From Candidatus Peregrinibacteria bacterium CG11_big_fil_rev_8_21_14_0_20_46_8 (lineage in GTDB: Bacteria > Patescibacteriota > Gracilibacteria > UBA1369 > UM-FILTER-53-11): DNA of 33,303 nt. Shown piece by piece: positions 1 to 8,726 of the stretch (its first letter is position 1; every line of letters starts with the position of its first letter). Location of the stretch: assembly GCA_002796025.1 (NCBI GenBank), contig PCVQ01000004.1:1-33303 (forward strand), given 5' to 3'. The position numbers were made by a program, and so were the translations under genes. Under the pieces are notes generated by a model that saw only the letters and a program-made list of their open reading frames with translations, did no database searches and was not told the origin of the DNA.

Positions 1-385
1 TCTTAAGATGAGGAATGGCGAGCTGTGCGACTCGTGTAAACGCTTTGATATTGATGTCGATCATTTGATTAAAATCGTTCCAGTCGTATGCCTCAAAAGA
101 GCTTTTGCCTAAGGCAAGGCCGGCATTGTTAATAAGGACATCGATTTCTTTATCCTGAATTTCTTTAAAAAGAGTTTCGATATTCTCAAATTTGCATAAA
201 TCCACTTGATAGATGAGTACTTCAATTGAATATTTTTCTTCTAATTGTGATTTAATTTCTTCGAGTTTATTTTTTCTTCGTGCTACAAGAATTACATTTT
301 TGCCTTCTCGTGCTAAAGCCTCAGCGCAGGCCTTTCCAATGCCAGAACTCGCACCTGTAACAAGCGCAAATATTTTTTGATTCAT
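1..385 (-). CDS. SDR family oxidoreductase (YdfG-like), runs off window edge
   Basis: Manual translation from ATG 385: MNQKIFALVTGASSGIGKACAEALAREGKNVILVARR...IDVLINNAGLALG; TGxxxGIG and NNAG motifs. Confidence 0.92.
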   Translation of the reverse strand, partial: MNQKIFALVTGASSGIGKACAEALAREGKNVILVARRKNKLEEIKSQLEEKYSIEVLIYQVDLCKFENIETLFKEIQDKEIDVLINNAGLALGKSSFEAYDWNDFNQMIDINIKAFTRVAQLAIPHLK

Positions 386-410
386 GCCGTCGCTATGATA
401 GCATCATTCT

Positions 411-634
411 TTATTTTCTCAATTTTTCATACTCTTCGACGGTCAGTTTAATATCATTCAGTATTTTTCTTAGCAGTCCTTTACTGAGATCTCGATTGTG
501 GATTGGAAGAACAGTTGTTCTGCCATCATTATGTTTGAAAAAACATGAGAACCTTCGGCATCTCTTTGGTGAAAGCCAAGCTTCATAAGTATTTTGATGA
601 GCTTTTTGGGCTTTACTGGCACTAGCTTAGGCAT
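411..634 (-). pseudogene. hicA: HicA-family toxin with a 1-nt frameshift in a T6 run (plus-strand A6 at 538-543)
   Basis: MPKLVPVKPKKLIKILMKLGFHQRDAEGSHVF in one frame (stop at 470); FKHNDGRTTVLPIHNRDLSKGLLRKILNDIKLTVEEYEKLRK* continues in the -1 frame to 411; overlaps the hicB stop. Confidence 0.85.
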
Positions 635-851
635 TTGAAAGTTCTAGATTTTGAATGCCTATAAATTTTGTTTTCAAAATTTGTTTTTTGTTTACATTTC
701 GTAAGCATAATTTCAAGACGTCTGAGAGATTTTTCATCATCTCTGCCTGGGTTTTACCTTCAGCATGACAACTTGGAACTGATGGAATGGAACCTATAAA
801 CATACCATCTTCATCTTGTTCAATATAAACAGTAAATTGCTTGATTTTCAT
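627..851 (-). CDS. hicB: HicB-family antitoxin (short form, no DNA-binding domain)
   Basis: FTVYIEQDEDGMFIGSIPSVPSCHAEGKT..E...NL pattern; directly upstream of hicA. Confidence 0.88.
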   Translation of the reverse strand: MKIKQFTVYIEQDEDGMFIGSIPSVPSCHAEGKTQAEMMKNLSDVLKLCLRNVNKKQILKTKFIGIQNLELSNA

Positions 852-940
852 AGCATAATGATATTAGACGATAAAAGTTTATCAATTTTCTTATGATAAT
901 GCCAGTTTTTGAACATCGGCAGGTGCGTCCTCTTTTTGTA

Positions 941-1081
941 TTAATAGAAAGACAACGCTTCTTCTGAGAGTTCTCCATTGTATTCATTTCTTTCGGCCCA
1001 AAAGACGATTTCATTTTCAAAGTAAATATATAAGCCGGTAGGGTCGTCTTTGGATTGGTCATATAATTTTTTATCTTTCAT
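941..1081 (-). CDS. Small hypothetical ORF (46 aa) or gene remnant
   Basis: ATG directly after the stop of the upstream gene (TAAATG); MKDKKLYDQSKDDPTGLYIYFENEIVFWAERNEYNGELSEEALSFY*. Confidence 0.35.
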   Translation of the reverse strand: MKDKKLYDQSKDDPTGLYIYFENEIVFWAERNEYNGELSEEALSFY

Positions 1082-2113
1082 TTAATACTCAACTTTAAAT
1101 TCCCCGATAATCGCCTCCAGTACGTCGTGAAAGCTGATAACGCCAACCGGTTTTTTTGTCTCTTTGTCGGTAACAAGTGCCATGCTTATGGATGATTTTT
1201 TCAGCCGGTCTATGGCTACAAGCGACGGAACATCGGCATGGATATTCATTACGGGCTGGATGAGAGATTTTAAATCCAGCTCCTCCGATTCATTTGTAAA
1301 AACATGGGTGAGAATATCGTTTGTTTCAATGGCGCCAATAGGATGATCTGTCCTTCCTTTGTATACAAGAAAAATAGATTTATCACTCGTGATGATTTTA
1401 TTTTTTATAATTGTAATAGGGTCATCAAGATCCAGCCAAACCACTTCATTATTCGGCGTCATGAAATCTTTAATGGGGCGGTTTCCCAAATGGAAAACAT
1501 TTTCCACCATTTTTTGTTCCGTTTTTTCAAAGACACCTTTTTCCGTTCCTTCAGCTATTAGCACTTTAATCTCTTCTTCGGTAATAGTTTGCTCTGTGGG
1601 GGCTTTAACATGCAGAAGTTTCAGGAATTTTTTTGTTGAAGTACTTACCAGTACTACCAGGGGTTTTGTAAATCTCATTAAGCTTGTGATGGTTCCCGCA
1701 ACTTTCAGAGACATTTTTTCCGCATTCGATAAGGCAATCTGCTTTGGTACCAGCTCTCCAATGATGAGTGAGAAATAGGTGATGACAAGTACAACTAAAG
1801 CTACACCGATCGGTTCGCCGTAATCGGCAAAGGACGGATACTGTTCCAGCCAATTTGCAATATATTCCGCTATGGTTGCTCCGCCAAAAGCTCCTGCAAA
1901 AATGCCGATCGTAGTAATGGCTATTTGAATTGTAGAGAGCATTTCTGACGAGTGATGCACCAAAAACAATGCTTTTTCAGCTTGTTTGTTGCCTTGTTTG
2001 GACAAGTGTTTGAGACGGCTTTTTTTTACACTTAAGAGAGCGATTTCCGATAATGAAAAATAGCCGTTTAAAAGTATGAGTCCTGCAATAATGAAAAGCT
2101 CAAGAGCTAACAT
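1082..2113 (-). CDS. CNNM/DUF21 + CBS-pair membrane protein (hemolysin/CorB-like)
   Basis: LNGYFSLSEIAL, IQIAIT, GELVPKQIA, EEEI, then a CBS pair. Confidence 0.92.
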   Translation of the reverse strand: MLALELFIIAGLILLNGYFSLSEIALLSVKKSRLKHLSKQGNKQAEKALFLVHHSSEMLSTIQIAITTIGIFAGAFGGATIAEYIANWLEQYPSFADYGEPIGVALVVLVITYFSLIIGELVPKQIALSNAEKMSLKVAGTITSLMRFTKPLVVLVSTSTKKFLKLLHVKAPTEQTITEEEIKVLIAEGTEKGVFEKTEQKMVENVFHLGNRPIKDFMTPNNEVVWLDLDDPITIIKNKIITSDKSIFLVYKGRTDHPIGAIETNDILTHVFTNESEELDLKSLIQPVMNIHADVPSLVAIDRLKKSSISMALVTDKETKKPVGVISFHDVLEAIIGEFKVEY

Positions 2114-3467
2114 AAACTGTTTTTGTATTCACAAATTCACGTATTCCATAAGCGCCAAGTTCGCGGCCGTGGCCGGATTTTTTGACGCCGCCAAAGGGGA
2201 GGCGGGGATCACTCTTTACCATGCCGTTGATAAAAACTGCACCGGATTCTATTTGTGCGGCCAGCGCTTCTGCACGCTCGATGTCGCGCGTCCAGATGCT
2301 TGCGCCCAAGCCAAATTCAGAGTCGTTTGCCAGCTCCACTGCAGCATCTGCATCCCATACTTCGTACAGACTCAAAACCGGACCAAAGGCCTCTTCTCTA
2401 TATAAGCGCATTTTTGGGGTGATACCCCGGATAATTGTCGGCTCGTAAAAGGCACCGGCTTGGCCCCAGGGCTTGCCGCCGGTCAGACATTTTGCTCCTT
2501 TTTGTACGGCATCTTGCACCAGTGCATCGATGTCATCGCGAAAGCGCTTCTGTGCAAGCGGCCCAATATTAACCGTTTCGTCTAAGGGGTCGCCAATTTT
2601 TAAATTGGCATACAGCGCCAGCAATGTTTTCTCAAATGCTTCCATAACCGGCTTTTCTACAATAAACCGCTTCGCCGCAATACAGCTCTGGCCGTTGTTT
2701 TGGTTGCGCGCAGTCACTGCGGTCTCTGCAGCTTTCTCTAGATCTGCGTCTGCCAAGACAATAAAGGGATCGCTGCCGCCCAGCTCCAGAACAATTTTTT
2801 TCAAATGTTTGCCCGCGTTTGCTGCAACCGCCGCGCCCGCAGCCGTAGAGCCGGTTATCGTCACGCAGTCCACGGCATCTTCTTCAATCAGCATATTTGC
2901 CGTCTTTGCATCCACAAGCAGGGTGGTAAAGAGATGTTCAGGAAAGCCGGCATCGCGAAAGATTTCTTCCAGCTTCATAGCGCACTGCGGCACATTGCTC
3001 GCGTGCTTCAGTACAACGCCGTTGCCCGCAGCAATCGCCGGTACGGCTGCACGATAAACCTGCCAAAACGGAAAGTTCCACGGCATTATCGCCAATAAAA
3101 CACCCAGCGGATCAAAGCGTACATAACTTTTAGAGGCGTCGCTCTCGACAATATCGAGCGCTAAATGTTCAGCCGCATGTTGCGCATAGTACTCACAAAC
3201 CCATGCGCACTTCTCAACTTCGGCAACGGCCTGCTGAATAGGTTTGCCCATCTCCAGAGTTGCCAGCTTGCCGTACTCAGCGGCGCGTTCGCGCGTGAGC
3301 AACGCCAATTTTTGCAGCGGCTTTACGCGCTCTTCTATAGGTAATTCGCGCCACTTTTGTTGCGCAGCTCGGCACGCCTGTGTTGCCGCCACAGCTGCAT
3401 CGGCATCCATGCCCTCGAACTCACCAATTATTTCATCTGTTGCCGGATTTATCGACTGTAACTTCAT
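2100..3467 (-). CDS. NAD(P)-dependent succinate-semialdehyde dehydrogenase-like aldehyde dehydrogenase (Sad/GabD1 type)
   Basis: SINPAT, IMPWNFP, LELGGSDP, GQSCIA, EEAFGPV, PFGGVKKSG; start moved to MKLQS (3467), 7 nt after a TACTAT box. Confidence 0.93.
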   Translation of the reverse strand: MKLQSINPATDEIIGEFEGMDADAAVAATQACRAAQQKWRELPIEERVKPLQKLALLTRERAAEYGKLATLEMGKPIQQAVAEVEKCAWVCEYYAQHAAEHLALDIVESDASKSYVRFDPLGVLLAIMPWNFPFWQVYRAAVPAIAAGNGVVLKHASNVPQCAMKLEEIFRDAGFPEHLFTTLLVDAKTANMLIEEDAVDCVTITGSTAAGAAVAANAGKHLKKIVLELGGSDPFIVLADADLEKAAETAVTARNQNNGQSCIAAKRFIVEKPVMEAFEKTLLALYANLKIGDPLDETVNIGPLAQKRFRDDIDALVQDAVQKGAKCLTGGKPWGQAGAFYEPTIIRGITPKMRLYREEAFGPVLSLYEVWDADAAVELANDSEFGLGASIWTRDIERAEALAAQIESGAVFINGMVKSDPRLPFGGVKKSGHGRELGAYGIREFVNTKTVYVSS

Positions 3468-3502
3468 ATGAATCATAGTAACAGGCATGCTATAATTTTT
3501 CC

Positions 3503-3606
3503 ATGAAAGCGATGTGGATGCCGCTTGGTATTATCCGCAACCAAAAGAAGCAGCAGCTCAAATAAAAGATTATGTCGCTTTTTGGAAAGGGATTGAGGTG
3601 GTCTAA
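3503..3606 (+). pseudogene. DUF427-family gene with a large internal deletion
   Basis: MKAMW fused out of frame to DAAWYYPQPKEAAAQIKDYVAFWKGIEVV*; these match the N- and C-termini of DUF427 proteins; TGcTATAAT upstream. Confidence 0.8.
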
Positions 3607-3610
3607 GCCG

Positions 3611-4594
3611 CTATGATATTCTCATCTTTTTAGCGTCTTTTTCGTCGATAATCTCACCAACAAGCTCTTCTAAAACTTCTTCGAGTGTTACCAAGCCGAC
3701 GGTTTTTCCATGATCTTTTACCACCGCAATATGCGTATGCTCTTTTTGGAACAAGAGAAGCAAATCATCAGCCTTCATGGTACAGAGAACCTTGGGAAGC
3801 GGACGAATCATCTCGCGGAGTTGTTTATCGTGCTCGTCGCGCGCAAGCGCTTCAACAAGGTCTGATTTCAAAACCATCCCCTCAATATGATCCAAGTCGC
3901 CTTTGAATACCGGCAGACGGGCGAAGTGATGCTTCATTGCTATTTTGGCCGCCTCCGCAATACTTACATGATGCTCCAGGCCAATAATCTTTGAGCGGGG
4001 AATCATAATGTCTTCAGCACTTTTATCGTTGAGCAAAAATACGCGGTGAATCAGCAGCCCTTCATCGGCCTCAATGTGTCCGCGGCGCCATCCCAGGCGT
4101 ACGAGTGAACGAATTTGGCTTTCGGTACCAATTTTGCGTTCTCCTTTTTGTAACATATTTGTGATCCACTCAAGCAAAAATATGATAGGGTAGAGAATCC
4201 ACATGAGTGCCGTAAGAATCGGTGCAATTTTTGGTGCAACAGCAGAGGCATAGTGCATTCCTAAGCTTTTCGGAATAATTTCTGAAAAGAAAATAACCGC
4301 AAATGTAAGTGCAGTGGATGCAACACCTAAAAATGCATCGCCATAGAGTGCAATTACGCTTTGTCCTACAAGAATGGAACCAATGATGTTGACTGCATTG
4401 TTCATAATAACAATGGCAAAGATGGCCCGCGAAGTTTTTTTTGTGAGCGTATGCAGTGTTTTTGCACCGATCATTTTTTTATGCATCATATCTTCCACCT
4501 CTCCAGGATTGACCGTTAACAGAGCGGCCTCTGCCCCAGAAAAGAAGCCGGAAAGTGTTAGAACAATGAGAATTAAAATAATGAGTGAAAACAT
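3611..4594 (-). CDS. CNNM/DUF21 + CBS-pair membrane protein
   Basis: LSGFFSGAEAAL, NNAVNI, FSEIIPKSLG, MIPR, GLVTLEEVLEELVGEI. Confidence 0.92.
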   Translation of the reverse strand: MFSLIILILIVLTLSGFFSGAEAALLTVNPGEVEDMMHKKMIGAKTLHTLTKKTSRAIFAIVIMNNAVNIIGSILVGQSVIALYGDAFLGVASTALTFAVIFFSEIIPKSLGMHYASAVAPKIAPILTALMWILYPIIFLLEWITNMLQKGERKIGTESQIRSLVRLGWRRGHIEADEGLLIHRVFLLNDKSAEDIMIPRSKIIGLEHHVSIAEAAKIAMKHHFARLPVFKGDLDHIEGMVLKSDLVEALARDEHDKQLREMIRPLPKVLCTMKADDLLLLFQKEHTHIAVVKDHGKTVGLVTLEEVLEELVGEIIDEKDAKKMRIS

Positions 4595-4617
4595 ACAACA
4601 GAGTGTATAATACGCTC

Positions 4618-5076
4618 ATGAAAGATAAAAATCGATCCCGTTATATATTTGCTGTGGTGCTTGCCTTGTTGGGAATGCTCGTTACCGTTTATCTTATTAA
4701 ACAGCACTATGCAGAGCCGGATACTTCATTTTGCAATGTGAGTGCTATTGTAAATTGTGATGTTGTGAATCAGAGTAAATATTCCACTTTTTTAGGTATT
4801 CCGGTAGCGATTTTAGGTTTCGGTACCTATACGGTTTTGTTTGTTGCAATGTTTGGAATGGTTTTTGGATGGTGGAAAAAATATAGTACTCGTGTTCTTA
4901 CGCTTATGACTGCATTTTCAGGTTTCGGTCTTGCATTCTCGCTCTATCTCACAATTGTTGAATTTTTTGTAATTGGTGCGGTCTGCATGTTTTGTTTAGC
5001 ACAGCAGTTTATTATTCTCGCTCTTTTCTTGCTTCTTTTTGCTATCTATCAGCGCCAGGCAGAGGCCGAAGTATAA
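4618..5076 (+). CDS. Vitamin K epoxide reductase (VKOR) family disulfide-bond formation protein
   Basis: CNVSAIVNCDVV..S.YS..LGIPVA and CMFC (CxxC) motif, 4 TM; start at MKDKN after TATAAT 4606-4611. Confidence 0.92.
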   Translation: MKDKNRSRYIFAVVLALLGMLVTVYLIKQHYAEPDTSFCNVSAIVNCDVVNQSKYSTFLGIPVAILGFGTYTVLFVAMFGMVFGWWKKYSTRVLTLMTAFSGFGLAFSLYLTIVEFFVIGAVCMFCLAQQFIILALFLLLFAIYQRQAEAEV

Positions 5077-5085
5077 TTATTTGCT

Positions 5086-6009
5086 ATGTCAATTGAGCGA
5101 CAAGAGCAGAGAAATCACAAAGAAAAGCAGGATCCAGATGCTTTATTATTAAGAGATATAGCTGATCCTGAGCGGGCACCGCGCACAAAGGCTGGCGCAC
5201 TTTTGGGCCGCCTTTATGAGCATGAGGCTCCCGAAAAACTTGCGTTTGCACTCTTTGGAGGCCAAGCAAAAATTGAAAATGTACATCAGGCGCGGGAGGC
5301 TCTCGAAAAGACCGAAAGTGTAATGCGAGATGATACAAAAAAAATGGAAAAATCGGGAGTAGAACCTAAAAAGTTACTGCAGGGTTTTAAGCTGGAGGAG
5401 CGTCATGCATTGTCTCGTGCACTTGAAAGGCATTTTAATCCGGTGGAGAGAGAGCCTAAAAATAAGGAGGAACGCAACGCGCTCGATTTAGAAAAAGCGG
5501 TACGTACAAAATTTGAATCTCGTTTGTCCAAATCTCAGGACGATCACTCCTTCGATCTCGATAAAATTCGCCTGCAGACTTTCGTTCTTTTAAAGCATGA
5601 TGAAGCACGTGAGGTGCAAAATACGATTGTGGCCATCGAGCAGCAAAAGATGGACGGATATGGTGATGTGGTAACAGCTATTCGGCGTGCCCGTGAAGTT
5701 CAGCAAACAAATGGCGGAGTACTTGGACGTGAAATTACTGCTGTTATGAAGCGTCGCGATTTATCTTCGGCTGAGCGTACGTTGGAGTTGGCGCAAATAC
5801 TCACTGCAGAAGAGATGCGGCCCCAGGACAAGCTCTTACAAGAAACAGTTTCTGTTGTCGATGCACAGCGGGAATTTTTTATGACATTGAATGCCAAAAC
5901 AAAAGAGGCACGGGTCCGCGTTCAAGATATTGAACATGCTATCGAGCGTGCGCGCGCTGAATCGATGGATTTTGAGAGTCCAGAAAAAGGCGCAGAAGAG
6001 GCTGCTTAA
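5086..6009 (+). CDS. Hypothetical charged helical protein
   Basis: 307-aa ORF rich in E/R/K/A; TATAAT 8 nt upstream. Confidence 0.8.
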   Translation: MSIERQEQRNHKEKQDPDALLLRDIADPERAPRTKAGALLGRLYEHEAPEKLAFALFGGQAKIENVHQAREALEKTESVMRDDTKKMEKSGVEPKKLLQGFKLEERHALSRALERHFNPVEREPKNKEERNALDLEKAVRTKFESRLSKSQDDHSFDLDKIRLQTFVLLKHDEAREVQNTIVAIEQQKMDGYGDVVTAIRRAREVQQTNGGVLGREITAVMKRRDLSSAERTLELAQILTAEEMRPQDKLLQETVSVVDAQREFFMTLNAKTKEARVRVQDIEHAIERARAESMDFESPEKGAEEAA

Positions 6010-7286
6010 ATTTTGGCAAATGCATTTTTGCCGGCATAGCGGGCCCGTCGTCCGAGCTCTTCTTCAATACGCAGCAGCTCGTTATATTTTGCCACGCGGT
6101 CGCTTCGAGAGAGTGAACCGGTTTTAATTTGTCCGGTTTCCATACCTACGGCTAAATGCGCAATAGTTGTGTCTTCACTTTCGCCGCTGCGGTGTGACAC
6201 AACTTGCGTATATTTATGCTGGCGGGCCATTCGCATTACATCCAATGTCTCACTTAAGGTGCCGATTTGATTCAATTTAATAAGAATTGAGTTTGCAATA
6301 TGTTCATCAAAGCCCATTTGTAAACGTTTTGGATTCGTTACAAAAAGGTCATCACCGACGAGTTGCATCTTATTTCCAAGCCGGTCGGTGAGCCCTTTCC
6401 ATCCGTCCCAGTCGTCCTCTGCACAGCCATCTTCAATCGATACAATCGGATATTTATGAACAAGTTTCTCAAAATAGCCGATCAGTTCGGGAGCCTTTAC
6501 CTTCTTTTGTGCACCGTTCATTTTAAGATTATATACGCCACGCGAATAGAATTCAGAAGCTGCAACATCCAACGCGAGCCATACATTTTGTCCGGCTTTG
6601 TATCCGGCTTTTTCAATTGCCTTCATGAGAAGGTCCAAAGCTGCTTCATGAGATTTGAGCGGGGGAGCAAAACCTCCTTCATCGCCCACAGTTGTGGGCA
6701 TGTGTTTTTCGCCGATGAGCTTTTGTAATGTGTGAAAAATTTCTGCACCCATGCGCAATGCTTCGCGAAATGTAGCCGCGCCGGCCGGCACAATCATAAT
6801 TTCTTGAAATTCTAACCCGGAGTTGGCATGTACGCCGCCATTCATTACATTCATCATTGGAACGGGGAGAAGCGCCGCACGGTCACCAATCGATTTATAT
6901 AGTGGAACGCCGGCTTCGGCAGCTGCTAATTTTGCACATGCTAGTGAGACACCGAGAATTGCATTTGCTCCAAGATTCGACTTATTTTCGGTGCCATCCA
7001 TCGTAATAAGTAATTCATCAATGGCCTGTTGATTATGTACCTTCATTCCTCGCACCTTTCTTTTTATTTTATTATTTACATGATTTACTGCTTTCAAAAC
7101 GCCTTTGCCGCCAAAGCGCCGCTGATCGCCGTCCCGTAACTCAAGAGCCTCATGGGCTCCGGTTGAAGCGCCACTTGGCACGATGGCCCAAGCACGCTGC
7201 CGCTCCGATTCAGCAACGACTTCTATGGTCGGATTGCCCCTGGAATCTAAAACTTCGCGTGCAATAAGATTTTTTATAGTTGGCAT
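6006..7286 (-). CDS. eno: Enolase
   Basis: [46 protein letters not shown]; start at MPTIK (7286). Confidence 0.99.
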   Translation of the reverse strand: MPTIKNLIAREVLDSRGNPTIEVVAESERQRAWAIVPSGASTGAHEALELRDGDQRRFGGKGVLKAVNHVNNKIKRKVRGMKVHNQQAIDELLITMDGTENKSNLGANAILGVSLACAKLAAAEAGVPLYKSIGDRAALLPVPMMNVMNGGVHANSGLEFQEIMIVPAGAATFREALRMGAEIFHTLQKLIGEKHMPTTVGDEGGFAPPLKSHEAALDLLMKAIEKAGYKAGQNVWLALDVAASEFYSRGVYNLKMNGAQKKVKAPELIGYFEKLVHKYPIVSIEDGCAEDDWDGWKGLTDRLGNKMQLVGDDLFVTNPKRLQMGFDEHIANSILIKLNQIGTLSETLDVMRMARQHKYTQVVSHRSGESEDTTIAHLAVGMETGQIKTGSLSRSDRVAKYNELLRIEEELGRRARYAGKNAFAKI

Positions 7287-7344
7287 TGTAATCATTATAG
7301 CAAAAGACCTTGTTTAATTACTTTGAATCGCTACAATAGGCCCG

Positions 7345-7986
7345 ATGGATATTCAATGGCATGGACGCTCATGCGTCTCAATTAAGGGAAAAAGCGGTAC
7401 AGTTATTGTGGATCCTTATGATCAGAAAAAAGCAGGTTTCAAGCTGCCGAAAAGTTTAAAACCAGAGGTCGTGCTTTCAAATGAAGATGATCCTGAATTG
7501 GACGCTGCTCAGTTTGGTAAAGAAACGCATATCTTTGACTGGCCTGGAGAGTACGAGGCGTGCGGAATCCTTATTCAGGCGATTCAGGCATATGACCGTC
7601 CGCTCGAAAAAGACGAAGCGGGCAATAAACAGTCAACCAAGGCAAATTCGATTATGATTTATTCGCTCATGGTAGATGGTTTGCGCGTATGCCATTTGGG
7701 AAATATCGGTCATAAATTAACCCCCGAAATGCTTGAGCAGATTGGAGAGGTAGATGTTTTGCTGGTTCCCATCGGTGGTATACTTGGCCCAGAAAAAGCA
7801 CACGAAGTTATTGAGCAAATTGAACCGCGCATTAGTATTCCGATTTATTTTGAAGATCCGACTGCTTTCTTAAAGGAGGTTGGTGCGCAAAATTTAGAGG
7901 CGCAAAAAGTCGCCAAATTTCAGAGCCGCAGTACATTACCGAGCGACAAAATGGAGGTGAACTTGCTGGAGCAGGTTAATGGATAG
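7345..7986 (+). CDS. Metallo-beta-lactamase-fold protein (Lactamase_B_3-like) lacking metal ligands
   Basis: IVDPY, PGEYE, CHLGNIG, VDVLLVPIGG, IEPRISIP match the family, but HxHxDH is absent. Confidence 0.8.
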   Translation: MDIQWHGRSCVSIKGKSGTVIVDPYDQKKAGFKLPKSLKPEVVLSNEDDPELDAAQFGKETHIFDWPGEYEACGILIQAIQAYDRPLEKDEAGNKQSTKANSIMIYSLMVDGLRVCHLGNIGHKLTPEMLEQIGEVDVLLVPIGGILGPEKAHEVIEQIEPRISIPIYFEDPTAFLKEVGAQNLEAQKVAKFQSRSTLPSDKMEVNLLEQVNG

Positions 7987-8039
7987 TTAGTGCGTACCTC
8001 ATTCTATTTTTGTTCATATCTTTCTGCGCGCTCGTTTTT

Positions 8040-8116
8040 TGGTACCCCGGGCAGGAGTTGAACCTACAACCTTTCCCTTAGGACGGGACTGCTCTATCCA
8101 GTTGAGCTACCGGGGC
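8040..8116 (-). tRNA. tRNA-Arg(CCT)
   Basis: GCCCCGGTAGCTCAACTGGATAGAGCAGTCCCGT-CCT-AAGGGAAAGGTTGTAGGTTCAACTCCTGCCCGGGGTACCA; encoded CCA. Confidence 0.95.
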
Positions 8117-8172
8117 TTATGTGCGGGGTAATAGTACTATAGAATTTTTTATTGCGCGCCTACAAACATAAT

Positions 8173-8213
8173 AAAAAAAATCTCCCGGGCACTATTGCGG
8201 CGGGAGATTTTTT
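8173..8213 (-). terminator. Intrinsic (bidirectional-type) terminator after the histone-like gene
   Basis: A8-TCTCCCG...CGGGAGA-T6 inverted repeat. Confidence 0.75.
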
Positions 8214-8230
8214 AAAACGCTAAGAAAAAT

Positions 8231-8440
8231 TTATTTCTTCTTACGTCGAGCTGGCTTGCGTTTTGCAGCTGGCTTGCGCTTAGCTGGCTTCTTAGCCGCT
8301 TTGCGTTTTGCAGCTGGCTTGCGCTTAGCTGGCTTCTTAGCCGCCTTGCGTTTTGGAGCTGCCTTGCGCTTAGCTGGCTTCTTAGCCACTTTGCGTTTTG
8401 CAGCTGGCTTGCGTTTTGCAACGCGTTTTTTTGCTGGCAT
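8231..8440 (-). CDS. Lys/Arg/Ala/Pro-rich histone H1-like basic protein
   Basis: 69 aa made almost only of K, R, A and P; KKPAKRKPAAKRKAA repeats; followed by a terminator. Confidence 0.8.
   Translation of the reverse strand: MPAKKRVAKRKPAAKRKVAKKPAKRKAAPKRKAAKKPAKRKPAAKRKAAKKPAKRKPAAKRKPARRKKK
8250..8420 (-). repeat. ~45-bp tandem repeats (about 3.5 copies) encoding the 15-aa basic unit
   Basis: Recurring ttgcgttttgcagctggcttgcgcttagctggcttcttagcc on the plus strand. Confidence 0.9.
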
Positions 8441-8726
8441 AAAGCAGGGGTTAAAAAATAATAAAAAAAATAGAAAACAGAAATTAAAAAAGAAAAATAA
8501 AAAAACTTTTTCTCAAGAAAAATTTTATCTCTTTTTCATTTCTCTGTAAACACTTTGCGCGCAAAATTTATTTTGCGTGTAAAGAAATTTTTTTGTGTAT
8601 GCGTGTTATAAAAATTTTAACATTTTTTGCACATTAGTTTTCCCTTTTAAAATAGAGGAAAAAACGGTGTGCATTTTTTTATTCGTTGCGGGTTATTTTT
8701 TTTCGTATCCCGTTGTAGCTAAAAAA

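Noticed and set aside
820..1062. 80-aa minus-strand ORF from the track
   Set aside because: Overlaps hicB and looks non-protein-like; the 941-1081 frame has better start context
8250..8420. Possible CRISPR array
   Set aside because: Contiguous coding repeats with no unique spacers and no cas genes
8212..8549. Alternative-frame and antisense ORFs over the basic repeat
   Set aside because: By-products of the stop-free 45-bp repeat
8441..8726. Replication origin in the AT-rich intergenic region
   Set aside because: No clear DnaA boxes and no dnaA/dnaN context
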